NCBI GenBank assembly: GCA_021613535.1
Contig: CP075492.1
Span: 8,197,653 to 8,261,652, forward strand
Source: Adineta vaga
Taxonomy: Eukaryota > Animalia > Rotifera
Length of the DNA stretch: 64,000 nt
Direction: 5' to 3'
A model generated the notes under the pieces. The model saw nothing but the letters and a program-made list of their open reading frames with translations, was not told the origin of the DNA and searched no databases. Below are positions 1 to 18,063 of the stretch, in pieces. The translations under genes and the position numbers were made by a program. How positions within the stretch are numbered: the stretch's first letter is position 1; the number at the start of each line of letters is the position of its first letter.

Positions 1-507
1 GACAATTGTCAATGCTGATCTTGACACTTTGGTGTTGAGGAATGCATATCCACATGTTGAGCTTTTGCACATATTATTCTCTTTAAGATATTGTTTAAAA
101 GTCAGAAAGAAGAATTCTTTCTATTTTTGCTATCATGCTGACACAACGGTTATATCCAGATTAGGGAAAAAGCAAGTCATGTTTTCTTGAAAGTTTGACG
201 AATACTGTGAAGAGAATAGTATGTGCGTATTTTGGCGCAAAAGAGTTAAGAGATACAGGCCTGATTTAAATATTGTCCTTAAAATACAGTCTTCTAAAAA
301 TCTTTTCCTTCCTGTTAGAATATCATGAAAGTAGATTAGTGCAGATTCAGAAAAGAAATCGTCAATTAAGTACAAATTTTCATGTCTTTCATTTATAAAA
401 AAAAGAAAACTCAATCATTTTATTATGATATGGCTTTTTTTTAATAGAAAACTATATTACTTTTTTTTCCTCTATTACATTCTATCGTTTATTGCATTTT
501 CAAAACA

Positions 508-1740
508 GTGAACAAGATCATGGTGAATCCTATGGAACAATACTACAATTTGTTGGTTAATCCATTGATTATCGTTCGATTCTATCAAATTGGTTATACT
601 TTCACATTCTTACTTGGTTTTCTTGGTAATACAGCTAGTTTATTAACATTTTCTCGAACAACCTTACGAAAAGTATCAACCGGATGTCTTTTCATGGTTT
701 TAGCTATTTTCGATACCTTGTATTTACTCATGTGCGTCTTTGATTATCTAGAATTTGGTTTTAAGGTAAAAATCTATTGTATATTAAGAATTAAAAAATT
801 GTTGTCTTTCGACTTGTTGTTTTTTTTCATAGGTACCATTCTATCCTCATATTGCCTACAGTGAATTTTGTCGATTCCGTTATTTCGTAATGAATGTAGC
901 ACAAATGGCATCTGCATGGACTTTAGTAATCGTTTCCATTGATCGATGGATTCGAACTCAATTTCCATTTAAATCTGCTATGATCTGCACACCGAGAAAT
1001 GCTTTAATTGCAGTAGGTGTTTTACTCGTTTTTGATATGAGTTTACATGCTCATATGTTAACTTCAATGTTTGAAATTCAAATACCCGGCTTTGCCAATG
1101 CTGCATGCGGACCAAATTATTTTACTAATAAACCGTATTTTTCATTTTTCTTTACAGAATGGAGTATCATTCAAGTATGTCGAATACTTCATGAATACTT
1201 AGAGAAAACATTTTCTTTTCTATGTATTGTACTTTAGATTTTCACCACTTGTTTAGGACCAGTATCTTTCATGCTGATTGCTCTTATTGCTACGATGATT
1301 AATATCTGTCTAAGTAAACGAACAGTCATTCAACCAGTTCATCTTCCGCAAGAAATTCGCAATACAAATCGACAAAAACATGTTCAAAAACAAATGTTTA
1401 TCCTAATGTTTGCGAGTATTTGTATCTTTTTACTGACAAGTCTACCGATTGGTATCGCAAAGATTATAGCATCACAAATTTCAGATGTCATGGCTGCGAT
1501 TCTTGATACTTCGTCTGCATGGACAATATTAGGTTGGATACAAAGTCTTAATTTTGCAGTAAGTGTTATTTTAAGATTCTTATCATAAAACGCAATTTCA
1601 TTGAATTTTAGATTAATTTTTACATTCATTGTTTGTCGTCGACTTTATTTCGAAAGGAATTTAAACAACAAATGAAAATTATAATTCATCGCAATGAAAT
1701 GCCTGTGACAACAATAGAAGTTCGCAAGTCTAGAATATGA
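508..1740 (+). CDS. Rhodopsin-like (class A) 7TM receptor, orphan; 4 exons (508-765, 843-1173, 1239-1559, 1612-1740)
   Basis: Seven hydrophobic segments across ORFs 508..864, 890..1237 and 1271..1588. TM3 carries a Cys and a DRW motif (IDRWIRTQF, a DRY variant). TM7 carries NFYIH (an NPxxY variant). GT donors and TTTAG/CATAG acceptors give introns of 77, 65 and 52 nt with consistent phases. Confidence 0.7.
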
Positions 1741-2245
1741 AAATAAACGATTATCTTTTCAACAGACAGTTTTTTTTCATTTGTAAATTAATGTTGTTCG
1801 TCATTATTATTATTATAAAACTTTCTCTTACATAGTTTAATGTACTAAACATCTTTTCTCTATTCCTTAAAACTTTGAATATCGTAGAAAGGGGAAGATA
1901 AAATTCTATTATCAAATATGAATCTAATATCTTAGATAAACAACATCTTTATGCGGCATGAACTAATTGTGACTGAATTATCATGTCTATTTTTGTTTTT
2001 TGTAATCATTTATAATCTTTTCATAGATATAATCTTCAAAATAATTATTCGGCGTAAAAGTGCACTTAGACTACAGTTCTTGTCTTGTTAATAGTTTGTT
2101 CAAACTCAATCGAAGGAAAAGATAATCGGTTTTTTTTTCATTAAAATTAATTACCTACACATGTTTTCCTAGTATTTCTCAGTACGAAAACGTGAACAAG
2201 TTGGATATCAGCATTCATTTATCGAAAGTTCATTATATTTATTAA

Positions 2246-2362
2246 TATATTCTCGACCAACATTATGAAAAGTATCAATCAAATGTTTATTCATAATTTT
2301 GACTATTTTTGATATGTCATATTTACTCTTACGTATCTTTGATTATCTTGAATTTGGTTTCT
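2246..2362 (+). pseudogene. Decayed copy of GPCR exon-1 segment (TM2 region), no intact ORF
   Basis: Nucleotide string aaagtatcaatcaaatgtttattcataattttgactatttttgatatgtcatatttactcttacgtatctttgattatcttgaatttggtttc aligns base-for-base with 666-760 of the upstream GPCR (aaagtatcaaccggatgtcttttcatggttttagctattttcgataccttgtatttactcatgtgcgtctttgattatctagaatttggtttt). No start codon or continuing frame. Confidence 0.45.
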
Positions 2363-3065
2363 CCATATAGCAATAATGATTCACTATCGATTAAGTTACA
2401 TGAAAGCTGGAAATAAATTTTTTCCCAACTATCCAATGTTTTGCTCTTCTTCGCCATTTGTATATATAACAAAAACAATCAATAGTCTAATTAAGTTCAA
2501 CCTGTTGTCTATATCATCGTTAGAAAAACAAAGCAATAGAACTTCTCATGAGACTACATTGATGCTATATCGTTTATCAGATTAGACAGCTAGAGTGAAC
2601 GAGTCATATTTGTTCTAACGCATGATCACCATCACAAATGTCTTACATATGTTGAATTCTTCTCTTTTGTTTTCTCTTCCTTAACCCATTGTGCTTCGAT
2701 GAGATCGAAAAAAATGTTGACTTTATTTGACAGCTTCATAACAACGACTTTTCTTTTTTTCAATAATTAATGCATTATTAATCTTGCTTGAAAAGACGAA
2801 GTAGAAGAACAAAAGAAAGAAAACCTTGATTTGTCATTCATCATTCAATATTTTCCTAATTATAGATAGACTATAGTAAGTTATATGAGGTAGGAATAAT
2901 TGACTTTATTAAAATTGAATCGATCGACAAGAAAAGAAAAAGAAAATAATACTCGATGAAAAGCTATTTTATTGTTGTCATGTTCGGTCTGACTGAAACA
3001 GTGACAAGCACGATTACTTGTCTATGTTGTATAGTGTAAACGAGTAAGTGAGTACTTATATTTCC

Positions 3066-3090
3066 ATATCCATATATATATATATACAAG
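3066..3090. repeat. (TA)n microsatellite
   Basis: Run catatatatatatatac seen directly. Confidence 0.8.
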
Positions 3091-3911
3091 AACGTCAAAA
3101 TCGAATTGACTCGGATAGACACGCGTGTACGTCTTCATCTTCTGTACAAATCGAGTTGAAGACAAGAAGTATATTTGTCACTTCAATCACGCACAATGGA
3201 AAGAGAACAAGAGCGAGAGAGAGAGAGAAAAAAACTAATTGTATGAGAAGAATATACAAGAGAGAAGGTGTAATCTATTCAATAATAGAATCACACCTCG
3301 ACACACATCAATCTTGTCAATAGTTGAAAAAATAAATGAGATGCGTCATCATTCAATTTGTATGCACGACGTTTGATCTTTTTCTTCTCTTCTTATACGA
3401 AAATCCCTTTTGAACAAAAGGCAATGAATATTCTATTTATTGTTTTTGTGTATGTCGCTCTTTTTAGTCAGCTTTTAATCCATCCATATTCTCAACTTAT
3501 ATATATCTTTTCTTCTTCCTTTTGCTAATTCCATTAGTCTAAGTTTATTTTTCTTTTTATTCTCTTCTTCTCTTTCTCTCCCTCGTTCTCATCCGTCGCA
3601 TCGCACAAGAGAATAAGCATAATCTTCGTTCGTCTTCTTTTGTACATCTCATATGTCTGTGTTCATTGACTAGTACCGAACGTGTTCTGTTGAAAAAGGA
3701 AGAAGAAGAAGGTAGTTGCTTTTTTGTTACACAATCAATTGCAAAACATAATCTTCTATGAAGTTTGTCTTTATATGTCAAACAGTGATGCAAAACTATC
3801 AAATTGATGATGATGTTTCAATTTAAACAAATATTTCTATTTATTCTCAGTAAGTTATTTATCTATAGGGAAATCTTTCTAGATTTGATTGAATCTCTTT
3901 TATTTTATTAG

Positions 3912-4757
3912 TGATAAAATTATCTACTACAGAAGATCATTTTCCTCGAGTATTGACAAAAACATATAATCAAACATGGAATCTTTCATCGACAGCAATA
4001 TTAACATGTCATGTTCGTAATTTAGGTGAACATCATGTAACATGGTTTAAATTTGATCCTTTAACTTCGTCGTCATATCCATTAGCCGTTGGTAAAGAAT
4101 TATTTACAACTGATAAACGTTTTTCTATATCATCTTATTCAACTTCAACAAAAGATTCACATTGGACATTAGAAATCTATCAATTAAATCCATTCGATGA
4201 AGGAACATATCTATGTAAAATTGCTAATCGACGAGCTAGTGTTAGTGTTGCTATACATTTACATATTCAGATACCAATGATTCTATTTCCTTCATATCTT
4301 TATGTTGAACCAGGAACAAATGTGAAATTAAATTGTAGTATTTTTATTGATAATCTCAATAATGAATCTTTATTATCAAATCTTAATTGGCATTTTGTAT
4401 CAAATCAATTCAATAAAACAAAACCGGACGATGTACATATTCGAAAAAAATTACTGAATAATGGTTTAACATCATCTTTAATGATTCATCATGCTCAACC
4501 ATATCACTCAGGAATATGGACATGTGTATATAAACGTCAACGACGTACGACGAAGCTCGTTGTTGAAAAAGGTAAGAGTCTCATTTGTTTCTTTGAATGC
4601 TTTTTTTAACCTTTATTTCTATTTAGATGCTTCAAAACGACAACGTATAAGTGCTTTATTATCGAATAATTCCAATCGACGATTTGCTTCTATACATGCT
4701 CTTTTTCTTTTTCATATTTTCTTCCTTGATTATTGTAATAAACTGTTTTTTGTATAA
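3912..4757 (+). CDS. Immunoglobulin-domain membrane protein (2 Ig-like domains, then hydrophobic tail exon 4627-4757); N-terminal signal exon probably upstream (~3787-3850)
   Basis: ORF 3911..4609 has two Ig signatures: C..W..FKFD...DEGTYLCK and VKLNCS...GIWTCVYK. Donor GTAAGA at 4571 and acceptor at 4626 join to ORF 4491..4757, which has a hydrophobic ALFLFHIFFL segment. An upstream MMMFQFKQIFLFIL exon is possible but its phase is unresolved. Confidence 0.5.
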
Positions 4758-6154
4758 TGAACAGTACATGTCAACTGAATGCATTTTATATCCAACTGTG
4801 CTAATCGATTCTCACTCTAGGTGATTTCGTCATCTTTTCTTCTCCTTGTATTTGGATGTATGTATGTATGTGTCTCATCAGTAGGTAAATGATCAATCAA
4901 GACCAGAACATTTGATTTCAAGATGATGAAACCCTCCAGAGAACAAAAGATATTGACAGATGAGTAGATGACATATGAATGTCCATCTGAGCAAAGATAA
5001 AAGAGAAATAGAAAGACACACACTATTCAATTTATTTGCATTTTTTTTCTCTCTCAGAAACATTAAGCCTATCCTTGGTGATTCGGTCAAGCACGAACAA
5101 ATGATGGATTAATTAGAAAAAGAAAATCAGACACGTGTGTCACTTGAAAATACAGAATCGGTCTTATCGACTTGTCAAAGATTGTTGATTCATATAACTA
5201 AATGAATGAGAGAACTGTCGTTTCTTTCTTTTTTTTTCTTCAACTAATACTTTTGATAATAAGCAAAATTTGCATTTTATTTCCATGGGAGACTGACTCA
5301 ACTTGTAGATGAGAGAAAAGATAATTATTGCAATGATGACTAGAAATACTTGAGCATGTCTCGTTCATTATGTCATCTTACAAACAAATGAGATCGAGGA
5401 AGAAAAATGATCAAGTTGAAATTGGATACTCATGTTTGCTTGTATACATTTGTTCGACAAATTGTCTAACACATTACTATTTTATCAGACAGAATAACAT
5501 CTACACATGTATGTATTTTTTTAATTTGCATTGATTTCAACGGCTGTTCATAACAGATGATTGGTAAAGTTTTGATTTTTGAAAGTTATGTTACAAATCT
5601 GACAATGCGATGGTTAGATAAACATCATCTCGAAGAAAATGATCAATTTCACTTGGATTTGATCGAAATCTCTAGTGACATTGATAATGTTTTGTAACGT
5701 AATCTAACGAGCTTTTCAGAACATCTCAATAGTAATACAATCGATTAATCGTATAAAGCTTCATTTGATTTGAGATGGGATACTTAATAGAGATATTTTT
5801 GAAATCTAGATGAAAACACATTCATTCTAGAGATTTTATATGGTTAAATTCCTTTGATAATGCATTCATAGTTGAGAATAAATGTCTTCTACTCTCTTGA
5901 AAATCAATATTTTTTCTCGTATACAAAATATTGTTTTAATCTTTTATAAAAAAAAATTAACTTTTCTCTGATGTAGTTTAATACATTAAAAAAAACAAAC
6001 AAACAAACAAACATGTTATCAACGATTAATCCATCCAATGAAATTTAAGAGTTTGTTTCTTTTTTTTCTTTGTCACTCTTCAGAATTCTTCGAATTTGAA
6101 GTTGTTTTATATACATAATCACGAACGAGAATAACACTAATGGAACAAGAAAAG

Positions 6155-10766
<4,612 letters not shown>

Positions 10767-11075
10767 GTTGTTGCAAACTTGATTCGCAATGAAATAAGGA
10801 ATATTTCAATTGATTGTGTTTATATATATGAACGAATGGAAAATTAACCATTCAGATACGTTTATTCAACGAACAATTTTTCTAATATTCGACAGATATT
10901 TTTAGAATAAAATTTTAATGTTTAATTTTTCTTCTTTTTTCTTTGATATAAAAGATGGCAGTGTAATCAGATGATGAAAGATGATTGGTTCGTATTGTAC
11001 CAATAAGAAAAGTGGAGTTTACAGAATGCACATGTTTTCCGTTTTTGGAATCATTGTATAGTAAGATTAGGAAAA

Positions 11076-13418
11076 ATGTTTTCTCGTTCGAATCTACTTC
11101 TTCAGGAATTATTAAGAAAGAATTCATCTCGAAATTTATCATTTAAACAAATTAGAGACATAAAACCCATTCTTACTCGAAATCTTGCTTGGTTTAGTCG
11201 ACAACCGATCAAACAAAATTTTGGTATGTATAAAGAGTTGTACAATATACCTGTTCCTTTCAATTAAGATTATTTTTTTAAATATAAATAGGTGCTAAAT
11301 TAAAACGACGGCTAAGAAATTTTCTTATTGTAACGGTTGTCGGTGCTGGTAGTTATTATGGTTATCGTAGTTACAAAAACCATAGATGGTCAAAGGAAAT
11401 GTTGGAATCTGATCAAACAATTGGTACAAAACCTCGAATTGTTGTCCTTGGAACAGGTAAATCAATAATCAATTGTTTATTCGATATAGCGAGAATGTAT
11501 TGTAGGATGGGGTGCTGTACCACTCTTAAAACATTTGGATAATCAAAAATATGAAGTCGTTTGTGTATCACCACGAAATTATTTTTTAATGACACCTCTA
11601 TTACCATCCGTTAGTGTTGGAACCGTCGAAACTCGAACAGTCATTGAATCTATTCGTTCACTTGTTGGACCTCGAGTGAAATATGTCGAAGCACATTGTG
11701 TTGATATCGATCCGAAAACTAAAACAATTACATGTAATAGTGATGGTTCAAATCTTGTAGCTCGTGGTGATGATGTTAAAACAGTAATTAAACCATCGAA
11801 ACGTGAAGGAGGTGCATCTTCACGAATTATTAAAGATTCAGGTAACAATGAGACATTCTTTATTTCTTTCTAAATAGAATTCATTTGAATTTAGCACGAA
11901 CTCGACCACAATTTGAAATGAAATATGATATACTGGTTGTTGCTATTGGTTCCGAAAATAATACATTTAATATTCCTGGCGTAGAAGAACATGCACATTT
12001 TTTGAAAGAACTTCTCGATGCTCGACGTATTCGTTCGGCTATTAGTGATGCATTTGAATCAGCAATGACACCATCACAAACAGAAGAAGAAAGAAAACGT
12101 CTTCTTCATTTTGTTGTTGTTGGCGGTGGACCAACCGGAGTTGAATTTGCTGCAGAGGTAAGATCGGAACAAGACGTATCTTTCTTTACATAACTAACGA
12201 TACTCGAGAAAAGATAGTTGAAATGTAGAATTTCTTCTCTCTCATATTTTGTTTATGAAAAGAAATCATTATTTAGCTTGCTGATTTGGTTCGTGAAGAT
12301 CTACATCATTATTTTCCACGACTAGTTGCTCAAGATGTGAAAATTACTTTGATCGAAGCACTAGATCATGTATTATCGATGATGGTTTGTTAATAATATA
12401 TTGATCAATTTTTTTTCTTAAAAACTCGTTTTTTTCTCCCTCCATGTAGGATAAACAAATTAGTGATTATACGGAAAAACATTTTCATCGTGAAAATATC
12501 GATGTCTTAATGAATACATTTGTAAAAGCAGTTAAACAAAATGAAGTTGTTATACAATTTAAAGGTTCAAATGAATTGACATCTATTCCATGTTCTATTG
12601 TCGTATGGGCAACAGGAATCAAAGCACGACCTTTAACGAATCGAATTCGCGAAATTATCGGTTTGAAAAGTCAAACTAATCGTATGGGTATTCTTACGGA
12701 TCGATATTTGCGTGCTAAAGGTGTCGAAGATGGTTCAATTTTTGCTATTGGTGATTGTGCTACTATTGAACAAGTTAAATTAGTTGATCAAATTCAATCA
12801 TTATTTGAAGAAGCAGATACACAACATCGAGGAGCACTTGACCTACAACAATTTAAATCATTAGTTGAACGTAAAATTATAGAATTTCCACAAGTATGAT
12901 TATCAATGAAAAACTCCTTATCTAACCTTTCGCTTTCTTTTTAGCTTGAGATTTTTTCAAAACAAATTGAAAAAACTTTTCAAGAAGCTGATAAAAATAA
13001 ATCAGGTTTTCTTACACTTGCAACTCTTCATTCTGCACTTGAAAAAGCTGATAAGAAAAACCGTGCTCTACCAGCAACAGCACAAGTTGCATCTCAAGAA
13101 GGTCGTTATATCGCTGATTTACTCAATCAATTACCTAGTTTAACCGTAGCTGATTTTCAACAACAAAATCTCAAGCCATTTCGTTATAAACATATGGGTT
13201 CATTAGCATATGTTGGTGGTGATTCTGCTGTACTTGATTTTACTGGAACAAAACCTCTTCTTGATTTCTTTAATTTACAACCATTATCCGGTCGAAGTGC
13301 CGCCTATCTATGGAAGTCATTTTATTTTACTGAAATGTTTAGTGGACGCACAAAAACTTTACTTGCATTTGATTGGCTTCGTACACATTTGTATGGACGA
13401 GACATAAGTCGTTACTGA
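11076..13418 (+). CDS. Type-II (alternative, rotenone-insensitive) NADH dehydrogenase, NDB/NDE-type, with EF-hand-like insertion; 8 exons
   Basis: N-terminal presequence-like exon (ORF 11076..11267). First dinucleotide-binding motif IVVLGTGWGA. Second motif HFVVVGGGPTGVEFAAE, which matches NDH-2. Insertion with Ca-loop-like FQEADKNKSGFLTLATL. C-terminal YVGGDSAVLDF...WKSFYFTEMFS. Introns of 47-127 nt. Confidence 0.8.
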
Positions 13419-13673
13419 ATACTCAATTTTTCTCATTTACTTCTTCTTAGAGAATGTAGAATCCCTCCATTGTCGCATGAATTTAGTTTCTGTTTCGTTC
13501 TCTTTTTTATACGGATATATATATATATATACCAGCTTGTTTTCCTACTAATAATGACACTATTATTTACACAAATAAATCTCCTAGTCCTTTTTCTAAT
13601 TTATCGTTTGGTTATTTCATTGAATATATTAAACAAATGAATTTCTCAATTTTCTTATAGATTATTAATCAAC

Positions 13674-14198
13674 ATGGATCTGAGTATGGTAAACAATGAT
13701 TATTATTTATCTGGTATGGCTGCATTAGTTGGTGATATCGATAGTAAGAAATCACCTTGTATAGTTTATACATATAGTACATGTTTGCTTAGAACAGTTA
13801 ATGATCATGTTACGTGATGGTCGTACATTGATTGCTTACTTACGAAGTCTTGATCAATTTGGTAGATAAAATCAATGATAATGATAATGATAACTTATTA
13901 ATCTTTTCCAGGTAATCTTGTACTTCATCAGGCATTTGAACGTATTTGTATTGGTCGACAATATGCTGATATTCCTCGTGGTTTATTTGTTATTCGCGGT
14001 GAAAATGTTCTACTTATTGGTGAATTAGATTTTCATCAGCCAATACGTGTTCCTTTGGTAGAAGTGACAATTGAAGAAATACTTAAATTACAAAAAGAAG
14101 ATATTGAAAAGAAGGAACGAATAGAAAAAGCTCGACAGAAAGCAATGCTCGAACATGGTTTAATTGATGAAGGAAATCCAATTGAAGAACATTATTAA
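13674..14198 (+). CDS. LSM1: Sm-like protein LSm1; 3 exons (13674-13745, ~13796-13868, 13919-14198)
   Basis: Sm-fold motifs RDGRTLIAYLRSLDQFGNLVLHQAFERICIGRQYADIPRGLFVIRGENVLLIGELD closely match LSm1. Acidic and basic C-terminal tail follows. Confidence 0.75.
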
Positions 14199-14372
14199 AT
14201 CGAGGAAAAAAAGAAACATTTAATAAGCGTTTTTTTAGTTTGATGATTATAAATTTCATTATTCTCATTTTTTTTTCAACTATTTACAAAGATAGAATGA
14301 TCGGTGCAGATATGTTGTTTTCTTTTTTTTCTTGTTTTTCGATGTTATATTGATCAAAAGAAGTTTTTAGAT

Positions 14373-16270
14373 ATGGATGGCACTGGAGATACACCATATG
14401 CATTGGATTATTCAGAATCCATGGCATTTTTTAATAATGCTTATAATCAAACAAGTGCACAATCAATAACAGCAACCGAATTTGATTGTGCTCAAGAATT
14501 ACTTTGGGCCGGTAGTAATGAGGTATCGATTTTGAAAAAGAAATATTTGTATGATAGTTTTATTAGTACTGTTTCTTTCTTGATCTTAATTAGGGACGTG
14601 TAGCATCATTTTATGGTTGTGAACTTCGAAAATATACTGGCTTTCGTGTATCGACAACTTCCGATATTCGAAGTATTTTATCACTTACTGAAGGACCACT
14701 TATACTCACGTCTGATTCACTTTCATTATATACAAGACAAGGTTTAAATATATTCAATCATAGGTAAATTCATTTTTTAGATCGATTTTAAAAAGATTAT
14801 TTTTCTTTCTAGAGCTCCTTATCTTGATAATATGCAATGTATGTTAATACCACAATCTCATAAACAAAAGAAAATATATGTTAGTGGTTACGGTGGACAA
14901 TTATGTGAAATGGATTTTGAGAAAAGAACGTTACTTCGTCAAGTAAGTCTATTCCTACAATTCTCAAACAAACAAACAAACAATTTCGTAATCATTCGTA
15001 TAGGTATCACTTGATGAAGGTGATTGTATTCTATTAAAATATTGTACACGAAATTTTATTGCAACTGGTTCAACAAATGGTGTTGTAAATTTACGTGATC
15101 CAAATTCACTTCAAGTTATTCAACGTTTTACTCCTCATCATGGAAGTTTATCTGATTTAGATATCAATAATATGTATTTAGTTACTTGTGGTTTTACACG
15201 AAAGTAAATAATTTTTTTAGGTCCGAAAGTGTGTTTGATTATTCATTTTATGTAATGTTTTTAGAATGGATCATATGAATCTTGATCGTTTTCTTGTCGT
15301 TTATGATCTACGAAATATGCAACAATTAGCACCGGTACCTGTTTTTATTGATCCATGTTTTCTTCATTATCATACAATGACAAGTACATCCGTTATGGTT
15401 GCATCGCAAGTAATTGCTTTTCTTCTTGGAATTTCTTTTCGTTTTAAAAGTTCAATTGCTAGTATGGACATCATACACAAGTTGATTTGACAGGTGGTTT
15501 AACTCAACCCTATTCGCCAATTATTAATTTAACAACGAATCCAGCTGGAATTATAACAACATTTAGTGTTTCAACAAGTATGCACTGCAGAGCATTTGGT
15601 CATTCAACCGGTAAAATAAAATTTTGATGTTAACTTGCTCTGTAGGCACTTCTCTTTCAGGTACAATACATCTATTATATAAAAATGATCCACAATGTTG
15701 TTTTAATTATCAATCTGTTGAAACACAATTCGCTAATCCAGTACATATTTTCTTGAACTAAGTATCTTTCTAAACTATTTGTTTTAGCCCAGTGATCCAA
15801 AAGTAGGAGATCTTAATGATCCAATGACATCTCTCTCGAGTGTACCTATTCCAATTACACCACTGAAACTGCTGTCAGATATGCCCAAACAATGTACTAA
15901 ATCAACTGCTAGGTAGAATGAAATCAATAATGATATCAGATTTTATTTGTTCGTTCTTTTTCTTCATAGACCAACACCAAAGATTCCAAAGGAATTTCTT
16001 GATAATGTTCGTGTATTTCAAGGTCTTGCTTGTGTTAAAAATCCTTCGACACGTCATGCTAATCAATGGCCATATCCACCCGATGCTGACATTTTAGCAC
16101 CACGTGAACAAATGAAATTTTTACCTGATGAAGATGAAGTTATTAATACGAATGAAAAAGCAAATACGGATGAAACATCCAATGATATTGAATCGACAAA
16201 TCTTCATTTTGATGCTCTTTCACTTGATCAACAACTTCAAGATACAGTAGTGGCACCGGCAACAACATAA
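14373..16270 (+). CDS. PAN2-like protein, N-terminal WD40 propeller plus linker only; stops before UCH-like and DEDD exonuclease domains; about 9 exons
   Basis: Exons encode MDGTGDTPYALDYSESMAFFN, GSTNGVVNLRDPNSLQVIQRFTPHHGSLSDLDINNMYLVTCGFTRK, LDRFLVVYDLRNMQQLAPVPVFIDPCFLHY and FQGLACVKNPSTRHANQWPYPPDADIL. These are colinear with roughly residues 60-470 of PAN2. An in-frame stop at 16268-16270 is followed by AT-rich non-coding DNA. Confidence 0.75.
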
Positions 16271-16829
16271 GAATTTCTTTATCGAAAGTTTCTTTTTTTT
16301 TTCTTTTATACATATTTTTCTGTTCATTTATTCCATATGTTGTTGTTATTCATTCTTATTACGTATATATATATATAGAATAAAAAAATATTTTCTTTTT
16401 TTCGTTTCTCGTATTGAGTATATATCTTCATAGATCGAGCACGAATAAGTTAATTTAAGTATTGCTCAAAATTCACTTTGTTTATTCGTATTTGCATCAA
16501 CCCGAGTACTTGACGATAATTCACAGATGGAGGAGATCTGTTACACGAATTTGAGCATTGAAAACATCTGAATATTCAACTGGTAGATCCTATCAGAATT
16601 CAACAAGAATATACTCGGTTTTGTTGAATGAGATATACCGTCCTTCAACATTTAAAGGTATTCATTGAGTATCATCGTACTTAATTGAGAACGAAGAAAC
16701 TCCATCTACTTTCGAAAGAGGTCGGTAGATGTTTTTCCTTAAAATAACCGATTATTGGTGTAACTAAAAGAAATATATCATAAGAAACGAGCGTTTCGTT
16801 TCGTTTCATTTACCTAATAACAAAAAAAA

Positions 16830-17343
16830 ATGGTTTGTGATGATTGTAAGTATTACCTTCTGATCTTTTGAAAATGTGAGGATAAACTTTCTTTTAGGTC
16901 AGAAAAAAGTGGGCCGTATTGCTACTCAAGATGTTTGGAAAAGTATGTTGAATCTATTTTCTAACTAATTTTTGTAATTTCTACATTTCAGATGGTTCAC
17001 GCAATACCGTTGGTAAAGAAATTCATTCTCAGAAAACAATATGTCATTTCACTCTTCTCTTATAGAAAGTGGTGGTAAAAAACTAAATGAAAATAAATTA
17101 CTATCAGGAAAATCTTCACGGTATGTGTTTCGATTATTTTATTGACAAATTCTTTATTATTATTCTTATTCAAATAGATACAGTCCATATACAACAAAGT
17201 TTACAAAATGTAAACTATGTAAATCAACTATTCATCAACCGGGCAGCTCATATTGTCAAGGTTGTGCTTATAAATTAGGCATATGTGCTATGTGTGGTGT
17301 AAAAGTTTTAGAAACAAAAAATTACCGTCAATCTGCTGTTTAA
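16830..17343 (+). CDS. CRIPT: Cysteine-rich PDZ-binding protein CRIPT; 5 exons with 47-57 nt introns
   Basis: Spliced product MVCDDCQKKVGRIATQDVWKDGSRNTVESGGKKLNENKLLSGKSSRYSPYTTKFTKCKLCKSTIHQPGSSYCQGCAYKLGICAMCGVKVLETKNYRQSAV matches CRIPT along its whole length, including the C-terminal PDZ-binding tail. Confidence 0.8.
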
Positions 17344-17411
17344 ATTCGATTTTTATTTACTTTTGTAATTATGTAATAATACAAGATCTTTATTATTTTT
17401 TCAGATAAATA

Positions 17412-17900
<489 letters not shown>

Positions 17901-18063
17901 TATTTATTTTTCTTTCCGAAAGACATTTTTAGTATTAGTAGTGATAGATTCTTTTTTCTTTTCTTTCGTGTTTATAATCAAACATTAAAATAAAAACGTT
18001 TGAAAAGAATGTCAATTTATTTGAATGAAATCAAAGAAATATCAAAATTGAAAACGTGATAAT

